A stretch of DNA of 64,000 bases from Camelus dromedarius (Eukaryota): contig NC_087436.1 of NCBI RefSeq assembly GCF_036321535.1, positions 78,866,001 to 78,930,000 of the forward strand, read 5' to 3'. The position numbers and the translations under genes are program-made. The notes under the pieces are model-generated. The model was not told where the DNA came from and searched no databases. It saw only the letters and a list, made by a program, of their open reading frames with translations. The first letter of the stretch is position 1, and every line of letters begins with the position of its first letter. Positions 36,691-48,896 of this stretch are shown one piece after another.

Positions 36691-37677
36691 GGAGAGGAAA
36701 GTCCTGACACATGAAAAGTAGCAATAGTATGTAAACTTCAAAAAAAAAAAAAAAAAGTACGGCCACTAGCTTCAAACGCTTTTATAGGCAGAACTCACTA
36801 ATGGCTAAGCCAAGATAATCTTGGATATCGTGTTCATTTGGCTGCTTCTGAGACTTCAAAAAAGTATACGAGAGAAAGCGGCTGAATCTGCAGGTGGAGA
36901 GATTATATCCCATTCCTGGGAGACTGCGTGAGCGAGAGCAGCCCTGTGAGGAGCCAGCGGAGACATTCTGGAGGATTCCGGAGGATGACCAGAAATCCAG
37001 AGCAAGCTGCTCGCTCAGCGTGGGAGAAGCCAGTGGGTGCAGGGGTGGGAGCCACCAGAACCCTGGAGCCCCCTGCCAGCCTCTACAGGGCTAAGCTTTG
37101 CCAAAACTCTTTCTCACAACAGGTTATTGATCTACACTTTGCCCAGAGGACCTTCTTGACTAATCTCTGCTTCCTGACTTCCTTGCACCTCAGCCCCAGC
37201 AGAGTCAGTGGCTGGCGAAGATCATCAGAGATGATTCCCTGCCCTGCTGCCAGGAATTTGCATGAAAACCTTCTCAGCTCACTAAAATGCTATCCAGCCT
37301 TGTAAATCCTTCCAAACACCACCACAAATACATCTCGAATTTTTTTTTCTTTTTTAACTGATCTCCTCACAAATCTGACACTTGTCCAGCAGAGCGGATC
37401 CAGAGGCTCCTTCACTTTTGGTAAAGGGAATCCTCTGAAAAATAAATGAACCAGGAAAGATGGGTGCACACATATGTTGACTGCTTCTCTGAAGGCGCTG
37501 AGGGCTAGTCAGTCACAGGGAAGCTTCTGACCGGGCCTCTCGGAGCATGGAAGGAAAGCACGGATTTCAACAGCGTTGGTGAAAGGAGCTCACGGACTGT
37601 GACAGCATGGTCTCGGTCACCAGCGGGACGGGTCCCCCGGGTTGCTGACTTGCAAGAGCTCAGACTTACCAACTGGC

Positions 37678-38100
37678 TATATTAGTCTCCTGGGGGCGGC
37701 CACGGCAAGTCCCACAGCCAGTTGGCTTAAACAAGGGGCATTTATTCTCACAGTTCTGGAGGTTAAAGCCGGAAAACAAGGTGTGGGCAGAGCTGGTTCC
37801 TGCTGAGAATCTGCTCCAGGCCTCTCCTTGCGCATTTGGTTTGCAGGCCACCTCTGGTGCTCTCTAGTTCACAACCACGTCACTCCCCATCTCTGCCGCC
37901 ATCTTCACATGGCGTCTCCCTGTGTGCATGTCTGTGCCCAAATTTCCTCTTTTTATAAGGACACCAGCTCTGCTTGAATAGGGTCCACCCTAATGACTTC
38001 ATTTTAATTTGATTACTTTGCAAAGGCCTATTTCAAATACTTGTAAAGTCCTGGGGGTTAGGCTTCAACTTATGAGTTTGGTAGAGGACACCCACTCTCT
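37678..38100 (-). mobile_element. MLT1 (MaLR) solo LTR
   Basis: 'tatattagtc...ggcttaaacaa...atttattctcacagttctggagg...catcttcacatggcg...ttataaggacacc...ccctaatgacttc'. Confidence 0.85.
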
Positions 38101-39289
38101 CTCCAGAGATCACTTCGAGATGCCAGAAAAAGTCCTTGGATCTTGTGACAGGTATGGATGTTGGTGCCAGGGCTCCGCGGATGTGGACCTGGAGTTGGTA
38201 AATGCAGGGGTCACCGGGTGGGGGAGGGTGGTCTTGGCTGGGCTCCACAGCATCGGAATCAGCACAGTGAGAAGAACTTGGCACATGCAAAGCCCAGAAA
38301 GAAGAGGCGGGCAGCCTGGCTCCATGGAGAGTGAGGCCTGGCGGGCACAAAACACCTAGGGTCGCGCACGCCTGGCTCAGCTGTCACAGCTACAAAGGTG
38401 CCTCCTCAGGGAAACAGCAAGCCCATCACCTTGCAATCAGGAGGCGCACACATCCCGCAGGGAGGCCTGACTCCCACCCCAGCACAAGCTCCTGACTGAC
38501 GTCTCCAGCCGCTGTCGAATGGGAATCGCCCATCAGTCATCCTTTGTGTCCCTGGCGCACCTGCCTCCAGGCGGGCGATGGTCCAGGCAGAACTCACTCC
38601 TTTTCTCTACACCCCTGGCACTTCCCTTCAACCTGCCCTTTCCTAGTTGGCCTAATTCTGCCTGTTGGGGAGGAAGTTCTTAACAAGAATGTGGTCTCTG
38701 TGAGAACAGGAGATTAGTCCGTCTGTTCACCCCTGCGTTCGGGCACCCCCAGCAGCACCCAGTGAGCTGCAGGATCTCCACATACACCTTTGAGTGACTG
38801 AGTAAATGCTCTTTCCTCTACTGGCTGGGCTGTTCCTCGAGGGTGGGGAGCAAGCCTTAAGCATCCTTTTATTCCTGCCAAGGGCAGCCTCATACAGAGG
38901 TCCCTCTGCAACAATGAAGAGAATGGATAAATGCTTTCCCCTTAGACGGGCCGCTTCACCTCAAAATCAACTCTGAAATCAAGTGAAAATAACCCTTACA
39001 CTTCCAATATTTCTTCCTCAAACAAGCTCTTCCTCAACACTCAGCTCGAGAGCACCTCTTCTTAACCTTTTCCTGACAACCCCCACCCCCGCCCCAGAAC
39101 GGAACCCCAGCCCTTCCCAAGCGCCCCTCCCTGCACTCTGTACATGCTCTGTCCCAGCGTCTCTAACCACATTCGTCTTCTCCTGCTTGGCTAAGAGCTA
39201 CTCAAGGGCAAGAAATTTCCTCTTCTGTTTTTGATTAACACAGGGCTTTATAGGCATCATCTCTTTTAAAGGTATAAACTGCTTCCCTA

Positions 39290-40125
39290 TTGACCCAAGC
39301 TCAAAGCTTACACTCTTCCTGCTGAAGCTGGTGACAGTCTATCCCTCTCTATCTCTGGGGTCCCTGCCGTCCATCGACCCCATGCATCCATGCATCCCTC
39401 TCTTTGATTTCCTCAACCACCATCCTAACCCTTCAATCAGTTTTCCATTCAATCTTTCTGGCTCTTTCTTCCCTCCTTCAATCCAGCCCATACACAACTA
39501 CCAGATTCAGCATCCTACTACATTATTTTTTGGGTTTTTTGTTTGTTTGTCTTGCTCTAAAACCTTTGACAACCCTTCGCTGCCTGTAAGAGAAAGTCTA
39601 AAATCTGTCATGCCCTTCAGAATTCTGACAACCTGAGCCCTCGATTTTCCCTTGCCGATTTTATTTTCCAACCTCCCTGCCATGAACCTTTCTTCTCAAG
39701 TAAGTCTGCTCCTTTCCCTGGACGAAACCCACACTGACTTCTGTCTTGATATTTCTTTTCCTGCCATTCCTCTCACTTATTTGTTTTCAAGATCCTCCCT
39801 GTTATCCCAGAACTGCCCTTATTCAAACCCAGTTCAAATCCCACCCACTCCATGAACTTTTCCCTGATCACCTGAGCCCTGGAAGAAAGGCTGCTCTTTC
39901 GAATTCCTAAGGAACTTACTGTTTGCACCATTAATATGGACCATTAACATGGAGACTATGGCCAGCCTATCTTGTTGCTTCTTCTTGTCATTCAAATGTT
40001 CATCATCCCACACAGACCTCCTATGGGCAGGTCTTGTGCCTGGTTTCATTCCTTCTTATAACTTCAACAGCTAACACAGTGCCCTAAGCACAAGACACAC
40101 ACAACAAGAGCATGGGTAAAAAGAA
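39290..40125 (+). mobile_element. L2 LINE fragments
   Basis: 'ttcaatccagcccatacacaactaccag...ctaaaacctttgac...cctatgggcaggtcttgtg...cagctaacacagtgcc'. Confidence 0.5.
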
Positions 40126-40590
40126 GCAACTGGCCACTTGGAGGATTTGGAAAACTAGCCTTTATTTGTTGCAGATCTATCATAAGGGGCTGTAGGCAAC
40201 CTATCCACTGTGATGAGCGTACATTTCACCAGTGTGATGGATGCTTTGGGCAGAATTCAACACGAGGCACTCAATAAATACTTTATCAAATGAATGAATT
40301 ACAGATTGGCAAGTGTCCTCTGGTTAACAAAGTGTAGAGGCAGGTGGGAAGGTGCCACAGCCATTCCACCCAAAACCTGCCGCCCCCATTCCCATAAAAG
40401 TCATCAGGGCAGGCAGCTTCTGTCATCTCTTTGGGTGATGGGAGGTGACTCTCAGGAGGATTTCCCCAAGGCTCCAATAGCTAACCCAAATTTTGTCTTC
40501 TCCCTTCTAAGGTTAGCCCAATGTATTCAGTCCTGAGTCCCCTTCCTCCAACTGACACCTAGATTCTGTCCACATAGAGGGGAGAACACT

Positions 40591-40898
40591 TTATAGCAAC
40601 TGACAGAGACAGCTGAGACGTTGCCATGGAAACACAGTGGTGATTTCAGGAAATCCATCTGTTTTTAAATTGCTCTATAGACTTGCTCTAACTTCTTTCA
40701 CAGATCATGCAGCTCAGGGTCCCTGCAGGACCTTCCTGCAGCCTCCTTCTCTCCTCTCTTCCAAATTTCAAGTCTCACCTAGAAATCTTGCACCCGAGGG
40801 GTTACACTGATGAACTAGCTCCAGTCTCCTAACATTAACAAAGCGAAGCCAGAACCAGCCCCTCCACCTTAGCTGAAAATGAGTGTCACCATGGCAAC
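40591..40898. promoter_or_regulatory. Cluster of RFX X-box motifs
   Basis: GTTGCCATGGAAAC at 40620-40633, GTCACCATGGCAAC at 40885-40898, half-site ATAGCAAC at 40593-40600. Confidence 0.5.
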
Positions 40899-41354
40899 AA
40901 GAGGCAGCTTGTTGTGGGTGGGGAGAGTTGGTGGGCTGAGGGAAGGGTCAGCATTTTCAATTGGTTCTTCTCTCAATGTCAGAAGAAACAACACCATTTC
41001 TTTGAAGTTTTCCTTTCATGGATTCAAAAGTAAAAAATACATAGTAATATTTCATGTCACAAAAAAGATCTACCTGAGAGGCACAATTTGTTGTCAGAAG
41101 GTTCAACACAACAACAACAGAGGTCACACAAGATTCTGGGAGGACACGGACTCCCCACCCCCTCAACCTATCTTCCTCCATGACTCTCTGGAGACCACAG
41201 CCCCACAACCTGGTTCCTCCTCTCTGCGGTTGGTCCTTGCCTCACAGTCATCACAAGGCAGGGAGGGCTCCATCATCTCCCAGACAATGATACCACACCA
41301 TGGAAGCCCACAGATATTGTTCTTGAGAGGACAGTTGTGATAAATGTCCCTGCC

Positions 41355-41742
41355 TCTTATGGGCTATATTGTGCCCTCCACCCCAAAATTCATATGTCGA
41401 GGCCCTAACCACTATTACTTCAGAATATGACTGCATTTGGAGATGGGGCCTTCAAGGGGTGATTAAGTTAAAATGGGGCCATTATGGTGGGCCTTGATCT
41501 AATTCAACTGGTGTCTTTGTGAGAGGGACACAGGGGTGCGTGTGCACAGAGGGGTGACCATGTGAAAAGGCAGCAAGAGGGCGGCTGTCTGCAAGCCCAG
41601 GGGAGAGGCCTCAGAAGAAACTAACCCCACTGGCTCCTTGATCCTAGATGTCTAGCCTCTAGAAATAAGAGAAAATAACTTCTGTCATTTACGGCACTCA
41701 GTGTGTGGTATTTTGTTACAGCAACTCTAGCAAACTAATACA
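41355..41742 (+). mobile_element. MLT1A/B-like (MaLR) solo LTR
   Basis: 'ttatgggctatattgtgccc...caaaattcatatgtcgaggccctaacc...gcaagcccaggggagaggcctcagaagaaac...gcaaactaataca'. Confidence 0.88.
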
Positions 41743-42025
41743 TTATCTTTCTTTCCTCAGCCACCCCCACTAGCAACAAAGTAATAACAAGAATGACTAA
41801 ATAAAATTTTCGTCTTCCGAGGAGTTATGTCCTCTTGATATCTACTTTGATATAAATATATCAGCCTTTATTGATTAATGTTTGCATGATATATTTTTTC
41901 CATACTCTCCCTTTTATTCTATTTTTGTCTCTATATTTAAAGAAGAGCGTCTTTTGCCAGCATATAGATGGGCCTCGTTGTTTAACCAATCTAACAATCT
42001 TTGTCTTTTCACTGGGGTATTTATA

Positions 42026-42220
42026 ACTATGCTGGCCAACAGGTCATAGCCACATGTGGCTATTTTATTCATTTAAATTAATTAAAATTTAATGAAAGGT
42101 AAAATCTGGTTCACAAGCCACACTTCCAGTGCCCCATAACCATGTGTGACTAGGGATCAGAGAAGACAGATAAAGAGCATGTCGATCATCACAGACAGTT
42201 TCTACTGACAGCCTGCTTTA
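42026..42220. mobile_element. MER3/MER33-like hAT-Charlie MITE nested in L1
   Basis: 'tagccacatgtggctatt...atttaaattaattaaaatt...agccacacttccagtgc...catcacagacagtttctactg'. Confidence 0.7.
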
Positions 42221-42640
42221 GGTCATTAATGTTTGGTGCCACTATGGTCAGTTAAATCAACCATTTTGCTGTTTATTTTCTTTTTGTCTCACTGTTCTTT
42301 GTTTTTTCATCTTTTTCTGTCTTCTTTGAATTACTTGAGAATTTTTCATGATTCTGTTTTTATCTCCTTTGTTGGTTTAATAGTGTTGACTGTTTTGTTC
42401 TCTTTAGTGATTGATTGAGGGTTAATAGTGCACGTGTATCTTTAACTTATCATCATCTACCTTCAAGTAATATTATGCCACTTCACATACCATGTAAGAA
42501 TCTTACAACAGTCTATTTCATTTCCTTCTTCTTGGTCTTTGTGCAATTATTTTAATATATTTTACTTACATGTATGTTTGAAACTCCAAAATACATTGTT
42601 ATTTTGCTTTAAATATTTTTGCTTTAAATAATCACTGTCC

Positions 42641-42730
42641 TTTTTTTTTTAATGGAGGTTCTGGGGATTGAACCCAGGACCTCATGCATGCTAAGCACAT
42701 GCTCTACTAATGAGCTACACCCTGCCCCTC
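42641..42730 (-). mobile_element. Camelid tRNA-Ala-derived SINE (Vic-1 type)
   Basis: poly-T followed by 'ggaggttctggggattgaacccaggacctcatgcatgctaagcacatgctctac...gagctacaccc'; degraded TSD aataatcactgtcc / aacagtcactatct. Confidence 0.88.
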
Positions 42731-42828
42731 AACAGTCACTATCTTTTAAAGATTTTTTAGAATTAGAAAACTTCTTTTATACTTATTGACATATTTACAC
42801 TTTTGATGTAATACTTTTCTGAACCCCA

Positions 42829-43078
42829 AAGCTATGCCCTGGGCAGATCACTCGCCCCTCTGGCCTCAGTGTCCCCCAGCTGCATAGGAAGGAGAACAAC
42901 AGAAAGCCAGCATCAGGTCACACTGTTTCCTGTGACATTCCATAGTCTCTGTGTGCAGTCTCCCCATCCCTCTACTGGGACATGTCCTGTTTCTGTGGAG
43001 GTGCCACCTCCCTGGGGTTCAGAGTATGGGCTTTGGAGTCAGGGGGTCTGGGTTCAAAGCCTAGCCCCGCCAAGTACA
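42829..43078 (+). repeat. Inverted, circularly permuted local copy of 62501-62741 (unique DNA plus MIR)
   Basis: 42924-43068 aligns gap-free to the reverse complement of 62597-62741 with 12 mismatches in 145 nt (hand count); ~42840-42925 matches the reverse complement of ~62501-62586. Confidence 0.9.
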
Positions 43079-43189
43079 TTCTGACTACTGCCTTGGTGGG
43101 TGCTAGACATTTCTGTGTTTCTCTAAATATTTTTGAGCTTTGTTCTAGGATGAGGTTACGTTACCTGGAAATAGTCCTTTTGAGGCTCC

Positions 43190-43350
43190 TTTTTTGTGTG
43201 GGCTATTTTATTTTTAGCTATAGTGAAATACACATAACATAACAATTACCATCTCAGTAACAGTTGAGCAGTGCTCAGTACATTCACACTGTTGTGCAAC
43301 CCATCTCCAGAACTCTTTTCATCTTATGGAACAGAAACTCTAAACCTAAG
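43190..43350 (-). mobile_element. L1MB-type 3' end nested in the older L1
   Basis: 'gtgaaatacacataacataac...agtacattcacactgttgtgcaacccatctccagaactcttttcatc...gaaactct'. Confidence 0.65.
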
Positions 43351-44159
43351 GCTTCCTTTTTCAGCTTTGTTAGGTGGGACTAGAGTAACCTTTAGTCTAG
43401 GGCTAATTATACCCCACTAACGAGGCAATATCCCCCTCAGCACTGCACCCAATGTTAAATTGCGTGGGCTCTCACTGTGGCTGGTGGGAACACAACGTAC
43501 TCCCAGCCCTATGTGAGCTCCGGGGGTTGTTCCCTCTGCTCCTTTTGTGTGGTGCTCTCTCTGACCTGAGGTCCTTTCCTCACGTGGATGCACTAACTCA
43601 GCTAGAACGCTCGGAGAGCCCTCCCAGTTCATCTCCGGAGCTCTCTCCCTCTGGGCAACTCTCTTCTCTTTGGTACTTTTCCCTGTGAACTCCAGCCACA
43701 CCTCCTCCCACCCCCCGAACTCCCAGCCCCACATCCTTAACTCAGGGAGATGGCGAGGCTTCACCTGGGTTCCCAGTCCTCGCTCTGCAGCATGAAAATT
43801 CTCTCTCCCTCTTCTTAGAAAAGTAGCCTTCGGTACATTCATTTTCTTTTCCTCTTCATTCTTTGATAGGTACTAAAAACTAAAGATCCACGGAAGGGAA
43901 CATCACTCTGAAAACCCACATCACAGGTAACGATGGAATTTACCAGGAATATGTTAGCAGCAACGATCAAGCTGTCAGTCCACATGCTGCGTGGCTGCAG
44001 AGAAACCCTGGTTCCAACAGGTTACTCACTGTGTGCCTCAGAAACGTTCTCCCGTGGTTCACTTTCTGTAGGGAAAAATCATTCTAGGTACATCATATGA
44101 TTCAATTGCTAATCTTACAAGAAAAAAAAAAATTCCTGGATTTTAAAGATTAGACCTTT

Positions 44160-44376
44160 CGGGAGTTTGAGATTTATAAGTGTTAGCCACTATATATAAA
44201 AATAGATTTTTTAGAAAGTTTCTGCTGTATAGCACAGGGAACTATGCTCAATATCTTGTAATAACCTTTAATGAAAAAAATATGAAAACAAATACATGTA
44301 TATGCATGACTGGGACATTGTGCTGCACACAAGAAACTGACACACTGTAACTGATGGTACTTCAGAATAAATAAAT
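44160..44376 (+). mobile_element. 5'-truncated lineage L1 3'UTR
   Basis: 'gggagtttgagattta...ctgtatagcacagggaactatg...aataaataaat'; degraded TSD aaagattagacctt / aaatatcagacctt. Confidence 0.85.
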
Positions 44377-44439
44377 AAATATCAGACCTTGCTCATTTAT
44401 TTCGCTGAAATTAACCAAAAATCGTCTCTATATAAAAAT

Positions 44440-44640
44440 AATAACTAGTGAACACTCATTACATACTGCGTACTTTTCTAAGTACTTTTTATGAATTATA
44501 GTATAATACGACAATAAACTAAATAGTATCATTATCAGCCCCATTTACAGATGAGAAAATGGAGACTTAAGACTTGCTCAAGGACAAGTGCTAGTTAATC
44601 ACAGCAAAGCCAGGAGCCTCCGTCTGATGGACACTGAAGC
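44440..44640 (-). mobile_element. MIR SINE
   Basis: 'attatcagccccatttacagatgagaaaatggagac...gacttgctcaagg'. Confidence 0.65.
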
Positions 44641-45999
44641 CCACTGCAGATGGAAGTGGCCTGGGAAGTCAGAAACACGACTGCCTAACGGAGGAAACAT
44701 AACACTGGCCTGAAACAGCTATAATAACAATTCAAATAAAGAATAATGTTCTCTGTGAGGTAAAAAAGAAAAGCCTGACCAATAATGGGGAAGAGGAAGG
44801 TCACAAAAAATAAGATGTTGTCCTTTATACAGCTAGCTGATGACAGGTGAAGGTAAGACTTGCAAAGGATGGGGGTTTGGGCATTCTAAACCAGAGCAGT
44901 AGCTACATGAGTTCTCTGCCATGAAATGGATGATTATGAAAACACTCTGACATTCTGGGGGAGTGAGATTCATGTCCTGTCTCGAGAAGCATGTCGTGGG
45001 AGTCTTGGTCAGCGTAAGCAGAAAGGTACATGTGGAAGAGGAATGAACAGTGGAGAGGGCTTTGGGGAAATGAAGTCATCCTTGGATAAGATGACATCCT
45101 TTTTAAAAATATTTTGCTCCTTGCTGCCCGAGGCAATGATTTTTCCTTTGAAAGGAAGAGGTAAAGCAAGATTGCTGAGTGGAGGCTGTGTGGGGTGGAG
45201 GGGGAACCGGACATGCTCTGGATGGAGCAGGGCTCAGGTCCTCACCCCGGCTCTGATATCAACTTGCTGGGTTATAATGAGTCCATCTTTAAATTTCACT
45301 AGACATATTTTTTTTTAAGTCGTATGGCCTTTTCTTCACAGAAAATCTTATGCAGAAGCTCAATACATGAAACAAAGGAGAAAGCCAGGCTCTCTGACAG
45401 GGGCTGGAGGCTGGGGTCTGGCTCTCCTCACTCCCCACTCCCATCTGGATCTCAGTTGGTTCCAAAGAGCCCCAGGGGTCTCCCCTCACTCACTAGACTG
45501 ACTCCGAAGGGCCTTCCGAGTCTTGAGTGAGGATCTTTGGCCTCTGGTCCCAAGCACTGCCCTGAGACTGTCAGGGCAACGTCTTCCTGGTCCCCTGTGT
45601 GCGTCGCTGTAAAGTAGGGCTGGAAGAGTCTCTAAAACCCCTTCCAGCTCCAACACTGTCTCTTAATAGGATTGTGATGGTTAATAAATTAATAAATACC
45701 ATTGCATAGAAGCAGACTATTAAGGGAAAAGGAGATTAGCCAAGTAGGCAGTGTTTTCCAAGGCCTATAAATGTTTCATGACTTTATGGAGGATTAGATT
45801 TTTTTTTTCCCAGACTGAAATAAAATCAATAGAACTTAGAAAGTCTGTGAGCCTTAACCTGTGTTTCAGTATCCCGCTGGGTAAGACTGGACAAGTCCAG
45901 CAGTTCAACCCATTTTGGTGCATTTTTTTGGTAAAGGATATCCTGTGGTAGGAAGTCACTTGAAAATACTGCAAAAGTGATTTTAAAATGCCCAGAAAT

Positions 46000-46260
46000 A
46001 AATGGTTACATAAGAGAACATCCTTGTTCTTAGAAAATACGCATGGAAGTATTGAATGGTAAAGGGGCCCAACGTCTCCAGCTTACTCTTGAACGGCTTT
46101 TAAAAATATGTATTTATACGTATGTGTCATGGGAGAGACGGGGGGGGGAGGCAAAATGTACACATCTGATTAATCTGGGTAAATGGTACACAGGAGCCCC
46201 TTGTACTATTTTTGCAAACTTTCTATATATTTTAAATTATATCAAAATAGTTACAAAAAC
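46000..46260 (+). mobile_element. Ancient L1M 3' end
   Basis: 'ggttacataagagaacatccttgttcttagaaaatac...aatctgggtaaatggtacacaggag...cttgtactatttttgcaaactttct'. Confidence 0.65.
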
Positions 46261-46599
46261 CAAAATTATGCTCAGAAAAATACCTAACTGAAATGCATTT
46301 GTTTACCTCCCTCATCTATACCCTTACTGTCAACTTCCTGTCACATCCAAATATAAAAGAGAATATTGGTGTCATTTTTCTCCACATTATTTTCTCGTTC
46401 TTATCTCCTTTCTCCTCACTAACTCCATTTGTCTGACAGCACCAAAGGTTGAAGAGGTGTGGCTGAGAGCCTGCTCCACCAGTGTTCACAGCTCCTCAGC
46501 TGCTCTTACTATACTTCCAGGGTATAGGGAGAAAACTACTGAATTTCTTAGAGATCTCACCCACCCACAGTGATCATAGGGCAGAGGGAACAGCCTCTC

Positions 46600-46900
46600 A
46601 AGGGACCGGCCTGCTGTGCTTGTGAAAGGGCAAGGAGGCCCAGGGGAACAGAGCAGAAATGAGCTCAGAGCGGTGACAGGGCAGGCGGGGCCTCAGGCAG
46701 GACTGGCACTCAGACTGAGCAAGATGGGAGCCGCAGGAGGGTTTTGAGCAGAAGAGAGGCCTGTGAGAGCTCCATGTTGACAGGACCACGCTGGATGCTG
46801 TGTTGAGATTGGACTAGGGGGCAAGGGCAGCAACTGGGAGATGCTACAGGTGGAGAATCATTCAGGGTGACTTGGACCAGGGTGGGGGCAGTGAAGGTGT
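46600..46900 (-). mobile_element. L2 LINE fragment
   Basis: 'gatgggagccgcaggagggttttgagcagaagag...gaccacgctggatgctgtgttgagattggactagggggcaagg...cttggaccagggtg'. Confidence 0.7.
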
Positions 46901-46979
46901 TTGCCATGTTATTCCATTCCCTTTTCTACATGATGGAAATATTCACAATGATAAAAAGATGAATAATAAGGACCTTGAT

Positions 46980-47032
46980 AACACAACATTGTAAATCAAC
47001 TATACTTCAAGAAAGAATAATTTTTTTAAAAA
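46980..47032 (+). mobile_element. ~50-bp L1 3' tip insertion
   Basis: 'aacacaacattgtaaatcaactatacttcaa'; perfect 12-bp TSD AAGGACCTTGAT at 46968-46979 and 47033-47044. Confidence 0.85.
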
Positions 47033-47234
47033 AAGGACCTTGATTTTTAAAAGCATATTTAGTCCAATTGCACTTCTTCGTGGGGGACCGCATGGAAATG
47101 GCCTTTGGGAGACCAGAACATTTTGTACTTTCAAAGCCTTCCAGAGAAAAGTCTACATTCCTCTGCTTATGGCCAACTCCATTTGGTCTTTCAGTTCTTG
47201 GCTTGGACATCACTTCTTTGTAATTTTTTTTACA

Positions 47235-47425
47235 TTTGTTTTTTTATTGAGGTAGCACTGGTTTATAACACTGTGTAAGTTTCATGTGTTACAACTACAC
47301 TACAGCGTGCTTACCGCCCAAAGTGCTTCCATCCATCATCACACAGTTAACCCCCTTTACACATCTCACCCTCCCCCGCTCCATCCCTTCCCTCTGGTGA
47401 CCACTGCTCTGTCCTCTGTATCTAC
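47235..47425 (-). mobile_element. L1MA-type 3' end
   Basis: 'tttttattgagg...ggtttataacactgtgtaagtttcatgtg...ccatccatcatcacacagtt...cccttccctctggtgaccact'. Confidence 0.7.
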
Positions 47426-48361
47426 CAAGACACCACTTCTGATGAGAAGCTTCCCTGACACCAGCCCCGCTCCATGTACCCCCACGTCCCCATTAGATGG
47501 GGTGCTCCCACCCTGGGCTCCACAGTAGCCTATACATTCCTCTTCAAAGCACTTACACTGCCTGACAACTGTTGGGAGGTTCTATGCTCCAGGAGGACAG
47601 GGGCTGTGTCTATTTCATTCACTGCCTCTCACGGTGCCTGGCATTCAGTAGGTGCTCAGAAAATATTTGTGTTATGAATGGATGATTGTAACATATTCCA
47701 GAGATGAATAAATGAAGTAGCTGGTTTCAATGAGTGTCACAGGTTTGCCTGAGAAGAAGATTTTATAGCTTGGATAACATCTCAGGTCTCACAGCATTGG
47801 GACATACAGTGTGGTCCGCAGTGATATTTTCCCTTCCCGATGGGTGGGCCCTGGCCAGCATCCCAGGACACCGGACTTTGCACTCCTATGCCAGCTTCAG
47901 GGGAGACAATAGAGGCTTTCTGATCTGCTCCCTCCTCCCGCACTCTGCAGTGGCATGCGTTCTCCCTGCCCGGGTCCCCAGCGCCCGGAACTGGCCTTCA
48001 GGTCCCTAAAGAATACATACAATCCTCTTTTCATCGCAACAAGGATGGCATTGTCCAAGCTGCACCACCCCCTTCCCCATTCCTTCTCTCTCTGCCTCTC
48101 TCTCTCTTCTGCATCTCCTCCCAGGGCATCCTGCCCTTCTTTCTCTCCTGGATGCAATGGCAGGCTCCAAGTGGTTTGCATGAGTCACTTCCCTATTCCA
48201 AAACAGCATGAGCACTCAAATCCTTTTGCAAAGGGAAGACAGGATGGGATTGGGCTGGTTTGGATTGAGCGCCAATTAAACTGAAAACCTTGACCTTGTG
48301 TTTCTCAGAAGCTTGGAAGTTCTGGCACCACAAATATTACCAAGAATAAAAATATCCACAT

Positions 48362-48880
48362 GTGTGTGTGATGGAATATTACCCAGCCATGAGAAAGAAG
48401 GAAATCCTGTTGTTTGCGACAACTTGGATGAACACCGAGGGCATCACACTAAGTGAAATAAGAAAGAGAAAGACAAATAGTGTCCGACCTCACATATATG
48501 TGGAATCTAAAAAACTCAAAATCAGAGAAACAGAGAGTGTGGTGGTTACCAGGGTTTGGTGGTAGGGTAGATGGGAAGATGTTGGTCAAAGGGTTACATA
48601 TAATCTTGTTATAAGATTAGCAAGTTCTGGGGACCTCATGCACAGTATGGTGATTATGCTAATAATACTGTATTATATACTCGAAAGTTGCCAAGAGAGT
48701 AGCTCTTAAAAGTTCTCACCACAAAAAAGAAATGCTAACTATGTGACAGGATGGAAGTGTTAGCTAATGCTGTGGTGGTGATCATTTTGCAAGATATAAA
48801 TGGATCCAATCAACACGTTTAAAACCTTAAACTTATACAATGTTATGTGTCAATTCTATCTCAATAAAGCTAGTGGGAAA
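48362..48880 (+). mobile_element. L1MA-type 3' end
   Basis: 'atggaatattacccagccatgagaaagaaggaaatcctg...aagttctcaccacaaaaaagaaat...tctcaataaagct'. Confidence 0.85.
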
Positions 48881-48896
48881 AATCACTGTGTTCAAA

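Larger units (their letters stand above)
41820..43830 (-). mobile_element. Ancient L1MC/L1MD 5' portion (ORF2 start, then 5' region) with nested insertions and an internal deletion
   Basis: Antisense ORF2-start motifs ('cagcatatagatggg...ccaatctaacaatctttgtctttt') and L1MC/D 5' motifs ('ctggtgggaacaca...ccagccctatgtgagctc', 'ccctgtgaactccagcc'). Confidence 0.7.
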
